Of a DNA stretch of 54,349 nucleotides, positions 43,954 to 53,532 are shown one piece after another. Made by a program: the position numbers and the translations under genes. Origin of the DNA: an uncultured Gemmatimonadales bacterium (GTDB taxonomy: Bacteria; Gemmatimonadota; Gemmatimonadetes; Gemmatimonadales; JACORV01); contig CAYHQJ010000001.1 in the NCBI GenBank assembly GCA_964358595.1, positions 2,955 to 57,303 of the forward strand, given 5' to 3'. Below the pieces are notes generated by a model, which was not told the DNA's origin, did not search any database, and saw only the letters and a list, made by a program, of their open reading frames with translations. How positions within the stretch are numbered: the first letter of the stretch is position 1; the number at the start of each line of letters is the position of its first letter.

Positions 43954-46035
43954 CTACTTCGGCAGCAGCGCCTTGCGCGAGAGCCGCATCTTCCCGCGGT
44001 CGTCGACTTCGAGGAGCTTCACCTCGACGGTGTCACCCTTCTTGACGACGTCCTCGGTCTTCTCGGTGCGGCCGTGCTGCAGCTCCGAGATGTGCACCAG
44101 GCCCTCGACACCGGGCAGGATCTCGACGAACGCGCCGAAGGCGGTCGTCGTCTTCACCTTGCCGGTGTAGGTCTTCCCGATCTCGGGCTCCTGCACCAGG
44201 GCCTCGACCATCTCCCTGGCCTTGGTCCCGGCCTCGCCGCCGACGGCGCTGATCGTGACGACGCCGTCGTCGTCGATGCTCACCGAGGCGCCCGACTGCT
44301 CCTCGATACCCCGGATCACGGCGCCCTTGGGCCCGATGATCTTGCCGATGTCCTTCGGCTTGACCTGGATCGTGATCACCCGCGGCGCCCACGGCGACAT
44401 CTCGCTGCGGTGCGTGGCGAGCGACTTGTTCATCGCGCCCAGGATGTGCAGGCGGGCCTTGCGCGCCTGCTCCAGCGCCGTCGCCATGATGTCGAGCGCC
44501 AGGCCCTGGATCTTGATGTCCATCTGGATCGACGTGATCCCCTGCTCGGTCCCCGCGACCTTGAAGTCCATGTCGCCGAGCGCGTCCTCGGTGCCGAGGA
44601 TGTCGGTCAGGACGGCGACTTTGTCGCCCGCCTTGATCAGCCCCATGGCCACGCCGGCGCAGGCGGCCTTGAGCGGCACGCCGGCGTCCATCAGCGCGAG
44701 CGACGAGCCGCACACGGTCGCCATCGAGGACGAGCCGTTGGACTCGAGGGTCTCGGAGACCACGCGGATCGTGTAGGGGAACTCCGAGTAAGGCGGCAGC
44801 AGCGGTGTGATCGCCCGTTCGGCCAGCGCCCCGTGCCCGATCTCGCGGCGGCTGGTGCCGCGCATCGGCCGCACCTCTCCGGTACAGAACGGCGGGAAGT
44901 TGTAGTGCAGCATGAACGACTTCGTCGTCTCGCGCGGCACGTCGATGTTGTCGATCCGCTGCTCGTCGTCCACGCTGCCGAGCGTCGCCGTCACCAGCGC
45001 CTGCGTCTGGCCGCGGGTGAACAGCGCCGAACCGTGCGTGCGCGGCAGCACGCCGACCTCGCACGAGATCGGCCGCACCGTCTTCGTGTCGCGCCCGTCG
45101 ATCCGCTCGCCGTGCTCGAGCACCTGCCTGCGCATCGAGTCGTACTGCATCCCTTCGAGCAGCTCGCCGATCAGCCGCCCCTGGTCGGGGAACTCCGCAT
45201 CGAGCTGGTGCCGGACCGTGGCCGCGAGCGAGGAGAGGGCCTGCGCGCGCTCTTCCTTCCTCGCGAGGTTCATCGCCTCCTTCACCCGTGGCTCGGCGAT
45301 CTCCTTCACGCGCTTCACCAGGTCGGCCGGCGGCTCCGCCTTCGTCCACTCCATCTTCGGCAGGCTGTGGTGTCCGAGCAGCTCCTCCTGCATCGCCACC
45401 AGCTCGGCGATGCCCTTCTGCGCCACCTTGAGTGCCGCGAGCATGTCCTCCTCGCCGCACTCGGCCGCGCCGCCCTCGACCATCATGATCGAGTCCTTGC
45501 TGCCGCTCACCACGACGTCGAGGTCCGAGAACTCGAGCTGCTGGAAGGTCGGGTTGAGGATCCACTTACCGTCCACCCGCCCTACCCGCACCGCCGCGAT
45601 CGGCCCCGCGAACGGGATCTTCGAGCTGGTGAGCGCGAAGCTCGCCGCCATCAGGCCGAGCACGTCGGCGTCGTTCTCCTGGTCGGCCGAGAGGACATAG
45701 ACGTAGACCTGCACCTCGTTCTTGAACCCCTCGGCGAACAGCGGCCGGATCGAGCGGTCGATGATCCGCGCCGCGATGATCTCCTCGTCGTGCGGCCGCG
45801 CCTCACGCTTGAGGAAGCCGCCGGGGATCTTGCCCGCGGCGTAGAACTTCTCGCGGTACTCGACGAGCAGCGGGAAGAACGGCAGGTTGCTCTGGGTGTC
45901 GGACACCGACGCCGCCGCCAGGACGACCGTCTCGCCGAACTGGACCAGTGCGCTGCCCGCGGCCTGCTTGGCCAGCCGCCCGCACTCGATCCGCAGGGGG
46001 CGGCCTGCAAAGGTCCGCTCAATGCGATGCATCAT
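43954..46035 (-). CDS. pnp: Polyribonucleotide nucleotidyltransferase (PNPase)
   Basis: 693 aa with two RNase PH domains (FFPLLVEYREKFYAAGKIPGGF, REIGHG), then KH and S1 (GKVKTTTAFGAFVEI) domains. Confidence 0.95.
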   Translation of the reverse strand: MMHRIERTFAGRPLRIECGRLAKQAAGSALVQFGETVVLAAASVSDTQSNLPFFPLLVEYREKFYAAGKIPGGFLKREARPHDEEIIAARIIDRSIRPLFAEGFKNEVQVYVYVLSADQENDADVLGLMAASFALTSSKIPFAGPIAAVRVGRVDGKWILNPTFQQLEFSDLDVVVSGSKDSIMMVEGGAAECGEEDMLAALKVAQKGIAELVAMQEELLGHHSLPKMEWTKAEPPADLVKRVKEIAEPRVKEAMNLARKEERAQALSSLAATVRHQLDAEFPDQGRLIGELLEGMQYDSMRRQVLEHGERIDGRDTKTVRPISCEVGVLPRTHGSALFTRGQTQALVTATLGSVDDEQRIDNIDVPRETTKSFMLHYNFPPFCTGEVRPMRGTSRREIGHGALAERAITPLLPPYSEFPYTIRVVSETLESNGSSSMATVCGSSLALMDAGVPLKAACAGVAMGLIKAGDKVAVLTDILGTEDALGDMDFKVAGTEQGITSIQMDIKIQGLALDIMATALEQARKARLHILGAMNKSLATHRSEMSPWAPRVITIQVKPKDIGKIIGPKGAVIRGIEEQSGASVSIDDDGVVTISAVGGEAGTKAREMVEALVQEPEIGKTYTGKVKTTTAFGAFVEILPGVEGLVHISELQHGRTEKTEDVVKKGDTVEVKLLEVDDRGKMRLSRKALLPK

Positions 46036-46092
46036 AGTTGGGAATCCCTACTCTGGTGTAACAGGGTGATCGCTGAAAGCCCGAAGCTGAAT

Positions 46093-46116
46093 GCCGAAGG
46101 AGCACGCCCCCTCGGC
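46093..46116 (-). terminator. Hairpin between rpsO and pnp, either the rpsO terminator or a pnp leader structure
   Basis: The minus-strand RNA reads GCCGAGGGGGCGUGCUCCUUCGGC (an imperfect stem of about 7 bp), about 22 nt after the rpsO stop. A longer alternative stem spans 46075-46120. The U-tract is weak. Confidence 0.35.
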
Positions 46117-46138
46117 TTTCCGCCGTCGGCTCTGAGCG

Positions 46139-46399
46139 CTAATGCCGCAGCCCCAGCGCGTCGATGAGCTGGCGGTAACCGGCGAGATTCGCGCGCTTCA
46201 AATAGTCCAGCAGCCGGCGGCGCTTGCCCACCATCTTGAGCAGGCCCCGACGACCGTGGTGGTCCTTGGCATGGGTCCGAAAGTGGTCGGTCAAGGAGGT
46301 GATGCGGGCACTGAGCAGGGCGACCTGGACCTTCGTCGATCCGAAGTCCTTCTCGTGCAACTGGTACTTTGCGGCCGCAGCCGTCTTGTCGTAACCCAT
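46139..46399 (-). CDS. rpsO: 30S ribosomal protein S15
   Basis: Start ATG 46399 ([40 protein letters not shown]...) preceded by GAAGGA. 86 aa. The longer ORF-track version has no homology support. Confidence 0.92.
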   Translation of the reverse strand: MGYDKTAAAAKYQLHEKDFGSTKVQVALLSARITSLTDHFRTHAKDHHGRRGLLKMVGKRRRLLDYLKRANLAGYRQLIDALGLRH

Positions 46400-46466
46400 C
46401 TGGTGTTCCTTCTGTCGATCCCCGTCGTCGGTGCGGGGACTATTCTGTAATTGCCCGTAGCATGGT

Positions 46467-46495
46467 AAGTTAACCGCGATCGCCCCATAGCTCAA
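46467..46495 (-). promoter_or_regulatory. Putative sigma70-type promoter of rpsO
   Basis: On the minus strand: TTGAGC, a 17-nt spacer and TAACTT. This predicts a 5' UTR of about 60 nt containing a 6-bp hairpin (46419-46439), a possible S15 autoregulatory leader. Confidence 0.3.
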
Positions 46496-46505
46496 GAGGC
46501 CCGGC

Positions 46506-47399
46506 TTGACCAGTGCCGAGATCCGGCTGCCCCAGGACAAGATCGGCCCCTATCGGCTCACCGCCCTGATCGGCGGGGGCGGGTTCGCCTGGGTCATGGC
46601 CGCCCGCCGCGAGGGCGACACCCTTGACGTGGCACTCAAGGTTCTCAAGCCCAAGTACGCCGGCGACAGGCAGTTCACCGCCCGGTTCATGAACGAGGCC
46701 CAGGTTGCCGGGGAGCTGCGTCACCCCAACATCATCCGCATCCTCGACGTCGGGCAGGACGGCGAGCACGTCTGGTTCGCCATGCCCCGGCTCCAGGCCT
46801 CCCTCGAGACCGTCCTCGAGGACGGCAAGGTCCTCCCGGAGCTGGAGGTCGCCCGCGTCGCCCGGGATATCGCCCGGGCCCTCGCCTTCGCCCACGAGAC
46901 CGGCGTCATCCACCGCGACATCAAGCCCCAGAACATCCTGTTCGACGAGCACGGCGCGGCGATTCTGACCGACTTCGGCATCGCCCGCGCCGTGGCGGGT
47001 TATGTCTCGACCACCGGCAAGCAGCTCGTCCTCGGCACACCGCACTACATCAGCCCCGAGCAGGCTCGCGGCATGCCCCTCGATGGCCGCACCGACATCT
47101 ACGCCCTCGGCGTGACGCTGTACCGCGCCGCGACGGGAGAGCTCCCGTTCCGCTCCGGCGACTGGTACGAGCTGGCGCGGCTGCACGTCGAGGAGCCGCC
47201 CGAGCCCCCGCGCAAGCGGCGCCCCGAGCTCTCGAAGGCCTTCGAGCGGATCGTCCTGACCTGCCTCGCGAAGGATCGCGAGATGCGCTACACGACCGCC
47301 GCCGCCCTCGCGGACGACCTCGACGGGCTGCTCAAAGCGCCCCGCACGACGGCCGAGTACGCGATCGCCGCGTTCAGGAAGATCCTGGGGAGGTCCTAA
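46506..47399 (+). CDS. Ser/Thr protein kinase (Hanks-type catalytic domain only)
   Basis: TTG start. Motifs are the GGGGFAWV glycine loop, [20 protein letters not shown] and GTPHYISPE. No TM or sensor domain follows. Confidence 0.88.
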   Translation: MTSAEIRLPQDKIGPYRLTALIGGGGFAWVMAARREGDTLDVALKVLKPKYAGDRQFTARFMNEAQVAGELRHPNIIRILDVGQDGEHVWFAMPRLQASLETVLEDGKVLPELEVARVARDIARALAFAHETGVIHRDIKPQNILFDEHGAAILTDFGIARAVAGYVSTTGKQLVLGTPHYISPEQARGMPLDGRTDIYALGVTLYRAATGELPFRSGDWYELARLHVEEPPEPPRKRRPELSKAFERIVLTCLAKDREMRYTTAAALADDLDGLLKAPRTTAEYAIAAFRKILGRS

Positions 47400-47417
47400 G
47401 GCCTAAGACCCCAAGAC

Positions 47418-48761
47418 CTACCGAAACAGCCGCAGCACGTCGTTCGACAGCGCCAGCAGCATGATCCCCACCAGCACGAACAGGCCGATCTGCGTCGCCA
47501 CCTGGCGCTGGCGCAGCGTCAGCGGTCGCCGCCGCACCCCCTCGATGAACAGGAAGACGAGGTGCCCGCCGTCGAGGACCGGGATCGGGAGCAGATTGAG
47601 CACCGCCAGGTTGATCGAGAACAACGCCATGAAGCCCAGGAAGGTCTGCATCCCCTGTCGCGCCGCCTCACCGGAGAGCTGGCCCACCAGGATGGGGCCG
47701 CCGAGATCGCGCGCCGAGATCCGGCCGAGGATCATGCTCTTGAGCGTGAACAGCACGATGCCGGCCGAGGCCGAAGCGTCGCCGAAGCCGCGGCCGACGG
47801 CGGCCACTGGACCGAAGCGCTGTCGTGGGATGTACAGGCTGGCGCCGATCTTGCCGACGACGCGGTTGCGCGCGCGGTCGCGCTCGGCGCGCGGAGTCAC
47901 GGTGAGCGTCACCACCTGGCCGCCGCGCCCGATCAGCAACGGGATCGGCCGACCGGGGTTCACCTCGATGATGCCCACGAGCTGCTCCCAGGCGCGCACC
48001 GTGTCCGAGCCCGCGCGCAGCACCCGGTCGCCGATGCGCACCCCGGCGGAGGCCGCGGGCCGGCCCGGGAGGACGTCACCGATCACCGGTTGGTGCCACG
48101 GCGCCACCGCCAGCAGCAGTTTGCCCCGAGCGTCCTGGTCGGAGAGCGGCACATCCACGAGCACGGGCTCGGTCCGACCCGCGATCTCGATGCGGAACGG
48201 CGTCCGTTCCGTGGTCAGGAGCGCTTCCTGCACGTCGCGCCAGTTCCGGACGGTGTCGCCGTCGATGCGCACGATGCGATCGCCCGGGCGCAGCGTTCCC
48301 AGGTGCGCGGCGCCCATCGGCAGGTCGGCGGACCGCACTTCGCCCACCGTGGTGGTCCGGTCGTCGCTGGCGCCATAGACGCCGGCGAGCACCGCATAGG
48401 CGACCACGGCGAACGCCGCGTTCATCAGCACGCCGCCGCTGATGACGACGATCCGCGCCCACAGCGGCTTGGCATCGAAGGTGCGCTCGCGCGGGACGAG
48501 CGCCTCCTCGCGCTGCCCTTCGAGCGGCTCGTCTTCGAGGCCGGCCATCTTCACGAAGCCGCCGAACGGGATCCACGACAGGCAGTAGTCGGTCTCGCCG
48601 ATCCGGAAGCCGATCGGCGTGCGCGGGCCGAGCCCGAAGGAGAAGCGCAGCACGGCGATGCCCACCGCCTTCGCCGCCAGGAAGTGCCCCAGCTCGTGCA
48701 CGAAGATCAGCACGCCGAGCACGATGATGGCTGCGCCGACCGTGATCAGAACCGATTCCAC
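47418..48761 (-). CDS. rseP: RIP metalloprotease RseP (site-2 protease, M50)
   Basis: HELGHF, PDZ segments and the LNLLPIPVLDGG motif. Confidence 0.93.
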   Translation of the reverse strand: MESVLITVGAAIIVLGVLIFVHELGHFLAAKAVGIAVLRFSFGLGPRTPIGFRIGETDYCLSWIPFGGFVKMAGLEDEPLEGQREEALVPRERTFDAKPLWARIVVISGGVLMNAAFAVVAYAVLAGVYGASDDRTTTVGEVRSADLPMGAAHLGTLRPGDRIVRIDGDTVRNWRDVQEALLTTERTPFRIEIAGRTEPVLVDVPLSDQDARGKLLLAVAPWHQPVIGDVLPGRPAASAGVRIGDRVLRAGSDTVRAWEQLVGIIEVNPGRPIPLLIGRGGQVVTLTVTPRAERDRARNRVVGKIGASLYIPRQRFGPVAAVGRGFGDASASAGIVLFTLKSMILGRISARDLGGPILVGQLSGEAARQGMQTFLGFMALFSINLAVLNLLPIPVLDGGHLVFLFIEGVRRRPLTLRQRQVATQIGLFVLVGIMLLALSNDVLRLFR

Positions 48762-48773
48762 GGCTCCGCCTCC

Positions 48774-49892
48774 CTAGCCCTGCAGCAGGCCCGCGGCGTG
48801 GCGCCGCGCCCAGGCGTCGGCCGCGTGCACCGCCCCGAGGGTGTCGGCCTTCGCCACGGTCTGCGCCTCGAGGACCAGATCGATGACCTCGGCGATCCGG
48901 CCGAACGGGATGCGCCCCTCGAGGAACGCCGCGACCGCCACCTCGTTGGCGGCGTTGAACGCCGCGGGCGCCGTGCCACCCGTCCGTCCCGCCCGCACGC
49001 CAAGGGCGAAGGCGGGGAAGACGTCGGTGCGCAGCGGCTCGAAGCTGAGCGTACCGGCCGCCACCGGGTCGAACCGCACCACGCCGTCGTCGGCCAGCCG
49101 CTCCGGGTGGGTGAGCGCGTAGAGGATCGGCAACTCCATGTTCGGGAAGCCGAGCTGCGCGAGCACCGAGCCGTCCGCGAACTCCGCGAACGAGTGGATG
49201 ATCGACTGCGGGTGCACCACCGCCTCGATGCACCCGTACGCCAGGTCGAAGAGGAAGTGCGCCTCGATCACCTCGAGCGCCTTGTTGGCGAGCGTCGCGC
49301 TGTCCACCGTGATCTTCTTCCCCATCCGCCACGTCGGGTGGTTGAGCGCCTCGGCCACCGTGGCGTGCCGCACCCGCTCGGCGTCCCAGGCGTGGAACGG
49401 CCCGCCCGAGGCGGTGAGGATGATGCGCGCCAGCGCCGGTTCCTGCCCGGTGATGCACTGCAGGATCGCCGAGTGCTCCGAGTCCACCGGGACGATCTCG
49501 CCGCCGCCCTCGCGCGCGGCGTCCGTCACCAGCTCGCCGGCCATCACGAGCGTCTCCTTGTTGGCGAGCGCCACGCGCTTCCCGGCGCGCAGCCCGGCGA
49601 GGGTCGCCTCGAGCCCGGCCGCGCCCACGATGCCGTTGACCACGACGTCCACGTCGGGCAGCGTGGCCGCCTCGACGAGGCACTCGCGGCCGGCGCCCCA
49701 GCCATTGGTCGGCTCGCCGCGGCCCAGGCCGACGAACCCCGGCCGGTAGGCCGCGACTTGCGCCTCGAGCAGGTCCTTCTGGCCGAACGCGGTCAGCGCG
49801 ACGACCCGGAACCGGTCCGGATGCCGGGCGAGCACCTTGAGTGCGCTGGTCCCGATCGAGCCAGTGGAGCCGAGGATCGCGACGCGCTTCAT
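48774..49892 (-). CDS. dxr: 1-deoxy-D-xylulose-5-phosphate reductoisomerase
   Basis: Start ATG 49892 (MKRVAILGSTGSIGTSAL). Motifs are LANKE, VDSEHSA and NHPTWRMG. Confidence 0.93.
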   Translation of the reverse strand: MKRVAILGSTGSIGTSALKVLARHPDRFRVVALTAFGQKDLLEAQVAAYRPGFVGLGRGEPTNGWGAGRECLVEAATLPDVDVVVNGIVGAAGLEATLAGLRAGKRVALANKETLVMAGELVTDAAREGGGEIVPVDSEHSAILQCITGQEPALARIILTASGGPFHAWDAERVRHATVAEALNHPTWRMGKKITVDSATLANKALEVIEAHFLFDLAYGCIEAVVHPQSIIHSFAEFADGSVLAQLGFPNMELPILYALTHPERLADDGVVRFDPVAAGTLSFEPLRTDVFPAFALGVRAGRTGGTAPAAFNAANEVAVAAFLEGRIPFGRIAEVIDLVLEAQTVAKADTLGAVHAADAWARRHAAGLLQG

Positions 49893-49894
49893 GC

Positions 49895-50773
49895 TCAGAT
49901 CAGGTGGAAGGCATCGTAGAGCAGCGCCGTGACCGGGAGCACGAAGTACAGCGAGTCGAACCGGTCGAGCACGCCACCGTGACCGGGGATGAGCGCCGAG
50001 CTGTCCTTCACCCCGACCTCGCGCTTGAACAGCGACTCGGCGACGTCGCCGAGCTGGCCCACGAGGCTGATCGCGGCGCCGAGGACGAGTAGCTCGCCGA
50101 GGCCGACCGCGACGCCGACCCGCTGGAACACGACGGCCGCGTAGATCAGCGCGGCGGCGATCGTGCCGAACAGACCCGCGGCCGCTCCCGACCAGGTCTT
50201 GTTGGGCGAGACCACGGGGGCGAGCTTCGGCCCGCCGAACGCCGTCCCGCCGGCAAACGCCGCCGTGTCGCCCGCCCAAGTCAGCGCCAGCGGGAAGAAC
50301 AGCAGCGCCATCCCGACCCGCCAGCCCGACGCGGGCCCGGCCACCGGGTGGCGGAGCAGGATCGCGAACGCCGGCAGCCACCCGGCGTACAGCGCCCCGA
50401 AGACCGTCACGGCCACCGCCGTGAGGGGCCGGTGGCTGGGTCCGCGGCGCCACAGGCCGACGGTGATGACGAGCAGGAGCCAGACCGCGACCGCATAGCG
50501 CCCGGCCCGGAAGGGCCCCTGGGCGGCGTGCTCGACGGCATAGAAGGCCATCAGCACCGGAGCCAGCGCGGCACCGAGCATGCCGGTGCGGCGCAGCGGG
50601 GCGATCCCCTGCACCGCGGCGAAGTCGTAGATCTCGCGGGCGCCGAGCACCGCGATGGCGGCCAGCAGCGCGACGAAATACCAGCCGCCGAGCCGGGCGA
50701 TGCCGAGGGCCGCCGGAATGGCGACGACCGCGACCGCGATGCGCCGAGCGAGGTTGCCGGACACGAGCCTCAC
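49895..50773 (-). CDS. cdsA: Phosphatidate cytidylyltransferase
   Basis: In-frame GTG 50773 overlaps the uppS stop (GTGA). The CTP_transf_1 signature is SLFKREVGVKDSSALIPGHGGVLDRFDS. Confidence 0.9.
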   Translation of the reverse strand: MRLVSGNLARRIAVAVVAIPAALGIARLGGWYFVALLAAIAVLGAREIYDFAAVQGIAPLRRTGMLGAALAPVLMAFYAVEHAAQGPFRAGRYAVAVWLLLVITVGLWRRGPSHRPLTAVAVTVFGALYAGWLPAFAILLRHPVAGPASGWRVGMALLFFPLALTWAGDTAAFAGGTAFGGPKLAPVVSPNKTWSGAAAGLFGTIAAALIYAAVVFQRVGVAVGLGELLVLGAAISLVGQLGDVAESLFKREVGVKDSSALIPGHGGVLDRFDSLYFVLPVTALLYDAFHLI

Positions 50774-51513
50774 GCGGTGACGCGACCGAACCGGCGCTCG
50801 CGCCCCTGGAAGTCGATGACCGCTTCGAACAGGTGCCGCCGGGTGAAGTCCGGCCACAGCACCGGGGTGATGTGCAGCTCGGTGTAGGCCAACTGCCAGA
50901 GCAGGAAGTTGGAGATGCGCAGCTCCCCCGACGTGCGGATCAGCAGGTCCGGGTCGGGAAGCCCCGCGGTATAGAGGCGCAGGCCGAGCGCCTCCTCGTC
51001 CACGTCCTCGAGGGCGAGCCGGCCCTGGCGCACGTCCTCGGCGAGCCGTCGCGCGGCCCGCGCGATCTCGGCGCGGCTCGAGTAGGAGATGGCGAGGTTC
51101 AGCAGCAGCTTCGTGCCGCCGCGGGTGCCGGCGACGAGCTGGTCGATCGCGTCGCGCGCCGCCTGGGAGAGCCGTGCCAGGTCGCCGAAGACGTGCACTT
51201 CGACGCCGGTGGCGCGCAGCTCCCGCGTCTCGCGGGCGATGTACTCCTCGAGGAGGCCCATGAGCGCGCCGATCTCGACCGCGGGCCGCCGCCAGTTCTC
51301 CTCCGAGAACGCGAACAGGGTGAGCGCCTCGATCCCCGCCTCGATGGCGCCCTCGACGGTCTCGCGCACCGCCTTCATCCCCTCGCGGTGGCCGAGGGTG
51401 CGCGGCAGGTGGCGCTCCTTCGCCCACCGGCCGTTGCCGTCCATGATGATGGCCACGTGCCGGGGCACCGCGCCGCCCGCGCGGAGGCGCTCGAGGAGGG
51501 GGTCGGCGCTCAC
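50770..51513 (-). CDS. uppS: Undecaprenyl-diphosphate synthase (cis-prenyltransferase)
   Basis: Motifs are HVAIIMDGNGRWA, FAFSEENWRRP and RTSGELRISNFLLWQ. The GTG start overlaps the frr stop (GTGA). Confidence 0.93.
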   Translation of the reverse strand: MSADPLLERLRAGGAVPRHVAIIMDGNGRWAKERHLPRTLGHREGMKAVRETVEGAIEAGIEALTLFAFSEENWRRPAVEIGALMGLLEEYIARETRELRATGVEVHVFGDLARLSQAARDAIDQLVAGTRGGTKLLLNLAISYSSRAEIARAARRLAEDVRQGRLALEDVDEEALGLRLYTAGLPDPDLLIRTSGELRISNFLLWQLAYTELHITPVLWPDFTRRHLFEAVIDFQGRERRFGRVTA

Positions 51514-52070
51514 ACCTCCATGATCTCCGCTTCCTTCGCCTTGACCAGCTCGTCCAGGTGCTTGATGTGGTCGTCGGTGACCTTCTGCACGTCCTTCTCG
51601 GCGTGCTTCTTCTCGTCCTCGGAGACGTGCGCGATCTTCTTAAGTTGCGCGAGCGCCTCGTGCCGCGCGTGCCGCACGCCGACCCGCCCCTCTTCGGCAA
51701 GCTTGTGCATGACCTTCACCAGGTCGCGGCGCCGCTCCTCGGTGAGCGCCGGGATCGGGACGCGGATGATCCCGCCCTGCGAGGAGGGATTGAGCCCGAG
51801 GTCCGAATCGCGGATCGCCTTCTCGATGGTGGACATCAGCGACTTGTCCCACGGCGTGACCGTGAGGAGTCGCGCCTCGGGGGCCGTCACCGAGCCGACC
51901 TGGTTGAGCGGCATCTCGCTGCCGTAGGCCTCGACCTTCACCAGGTCGAGGAGCGACGTCGTCGCCTTGCCGGTGCGGATCGTGGCAAACTCGCGACGGG
52001 TGTTCTCCATCGCCTTGTCCATCGTGGCCTTCGCGTGCCTGACGATCTCGGGCAGGGTCATCGCGCTCAT
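51510..52070 (-). CDS. frr: Ribosome recycling factor
   Basis: 186 aa with typical RRF sequence ([27 protein letters not shown]). The ATG overlaps the pyrH stop (ATGA). Confidence 0.95.
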   Translation of the reverse strand: MSAMTLPEIVRHAKATMDKAMENTRREFATIRTGKATTSLLDLVKVEAYGSEMPLNQVGSVTAPEARLLTVTPWDKSLMSTIEKAIRDSDLGLNPSSQGGIIRVPIPALTEERRRDLVKVMHKLAEEGRVGVRHARHEALAQLKKIAHVSEDEKKHAEKDVQKVTDDHIKHLDELVKAKEAEIMEV

Positions 52071-52777
52071 CGGACCATCGTGCCGATGCGCTCACCCTGC
52101 AGGATCCGGGCGATCGCGCCGGGCTGGTTGATGTTGAACACCGTGATCGGGAGGGCGTTGTCCTTGCACAGGCCGAACGCGTTCGCGTCCATCACGCCGA
52201 GGCCCTTCACGATCGCCTCGTGGAAGCTGACCTCGGGGATGAACTCGGCGTTCCGGTCCTTCTTCGGGTCGGCGGTGTAGACGCCGTCCACGTTGGTCGC
52301 CTTGAGGATCACCGTCGCCTCGATCTCGAGGGCGCGCAGCACCGCGGCCGTGTCCGTGGAAAAGTACGGGTTTCCGGTGCCGCCCGCGAAGATCACCACG
52401 CGGCCCTTCTGGAGGTGCCGCACGGCGCGGCGGCGGATGTACGGCTCGGCGAGCGCCTCCATGCGGATCGCCGTCATCACCCGCGTGTCCACGCCCTTCT
52501 TCTCCAGGATGTCCTGGATGGCCAGCGCGTTGATGATCGTGGCCAGCATCCCCATGTAGTCGGCGGAGACGCGGTCCATCCCCTGCCGGCTCGCCACCGT
52601 GCCCCGGATGATGTTGCCGCCGCCGATGACCAGGCCGAGGTCGGCGCCGAGCACGCGAACGGCCTTGATCTCCTCGGCCAGCCGCTCGATGACGGCGAAG
52701 TCGATCGCGAGGCCGCGCTCGCCGGCCAACGCCTCGCCCGAGAGCTTGAGCAGCGCGCGGTGGTAGACGAGCGTCAC
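52067..52777 (-). CDS. pyrH: UMP kinase
   Basis: Motifs are [17 protein letters not shown] and [16 protein letters not shown]. The GTG start overlaps the tsf stop (GTGA). Confidence 0.95.
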   Translation of the reverse strand: MTLVYHRALLKLSGEALAGERGLAIDFAVIERLAEEIKAVRVLGADLGLVIGGGNIIRGTVASRQGMDRVSADYMGMLATIINALAIQDILEKKGVDTRVMTAIRMEALAEPYIRRRAVRHLQKGRVVIFAGGTGNPYFSTDTAAVLRALEIEATVILKATNVDGVYTADPKKDRNAEFIPEVSFHEAIVKGLGVMDANAFGLCKDNALPITVFNINQPGAIARILQGERIGTMVR

Positions 52778-53385
52778 ATGGCCTCGCCGAGCTGGAAGCG
52801 CACGAACCGCCGCACGACGACGTTCTCGCCGGTCTTGCCCGAGACCGCCTTGACGAGGTCGCCCACGGTCTGCTTGTCGTCCTTCACGAACGGCTGCTCG
52901 AGCAACACGGCCTCGGCGTAGAACTTCTTGAGCTTACCCTCGACGATCCTGGCGCGGATGGCCTCCGGCTTTCCCTCCGCCGCCACCTGCTCCGCGTAGA
53001 TGCGGCGCTCGCGCTCCACCACGTCGGCCGGCAGGTCCTCGATCCGCACCGCGATGGGCGCCGCCGACGCGACGTGCATCGCGAGGTCCTTGCAGAGGGC
53101 CCGGAAGTCCTCGGTCTTGGCGACGAAGTCGGTCTCGCAGTTGACCTCCACCAGCACGGCGAGCTTGCGGTTGTGGTGGTGGTACACCTCGACCAGGCCC
53201 TCCTTCACCTCGCGGCCCGCGCGCTTCTCGGCCTTGGCGATGCCCTTGCCGCGGAGCCACTCGACCGCCCTGTCCAGGTCGCCGCCGTTCTCCTCCAGCG
53301 CCTTCTTGCAGTCCAACATCCCGGCGCCCGTGCGCTTGCGCAGCTCGGCGACGGCCTGAGCGGTGATACTCATGGTCTGCGTCAT
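52774..53385 (-). CDS. tsf: Elongation factor Ts (short form)
   Basis: [24 protein letters not shown]. The start was chosen at ATG 53385 after AAGGGA. An alternative is ATG 53373. Confidence 0.92.
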   Translation of the reverse strand: MTQTMSITAQAVAELRKRTGAGMLDCKKALEENGGDLDRAVEWLRGKGIAKAEKRAGREVKEGLVEVYHHHNRKLAVLVEVNCETDFVAKTEDFRALCKDLAMHVASAAPIAVRIEDLPADVVERERRIYAEQVAAEGKPEAIRARIVEGKLKKFYAEAVLLEQPFVKDDKQTVGDLVKAVSGKTGENVVVRRFVRFQLGEAM

Positions 53386-53438
53386 CGTTTCCCTTGGGGT
53401 GATTGCCCACAGCTCGCGGCGCAAAGCTGAACGCTCAA

Positions 53439-53462
53439 CGGCTTCAGCTGCGGCTTCAGCTG
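53439..53462. repeat. Perfect tandem duplication of a 12-mer (cggcttcagctg x2) in the rpsB-tsf spacer
   Basis: Read directly from the sequence. Each unit contains the palindrome CAGCTG, so the pair can also fold as a short hairpin. Confidence 0.6.
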
Positions 53463-53470
53463 CCGTGCGA

Positions 53471-53507
53471 GAAAACCGCCGCCCGCCCGATCGGGCACAG
53501 GCGGCGG
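53471..53507 (-). terminator. Intrinsic terminator/attenuator between rpsB and tsf
   Basis: The minus-strand RNA reads CCGCCGCC-UGUGCCCGAUCGGGCG-GGCGGCGG-UUUUCUC. The outer stem is 8 bp, with an inner GCCCGA/UCGGGC palindrome and a U-tract. It lies 25 nt after the rpsB stop. Confidence 0.55.
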
Positions 53508-53532
53508 AGCCGGAGGGGCCGGGACCGGCCGC

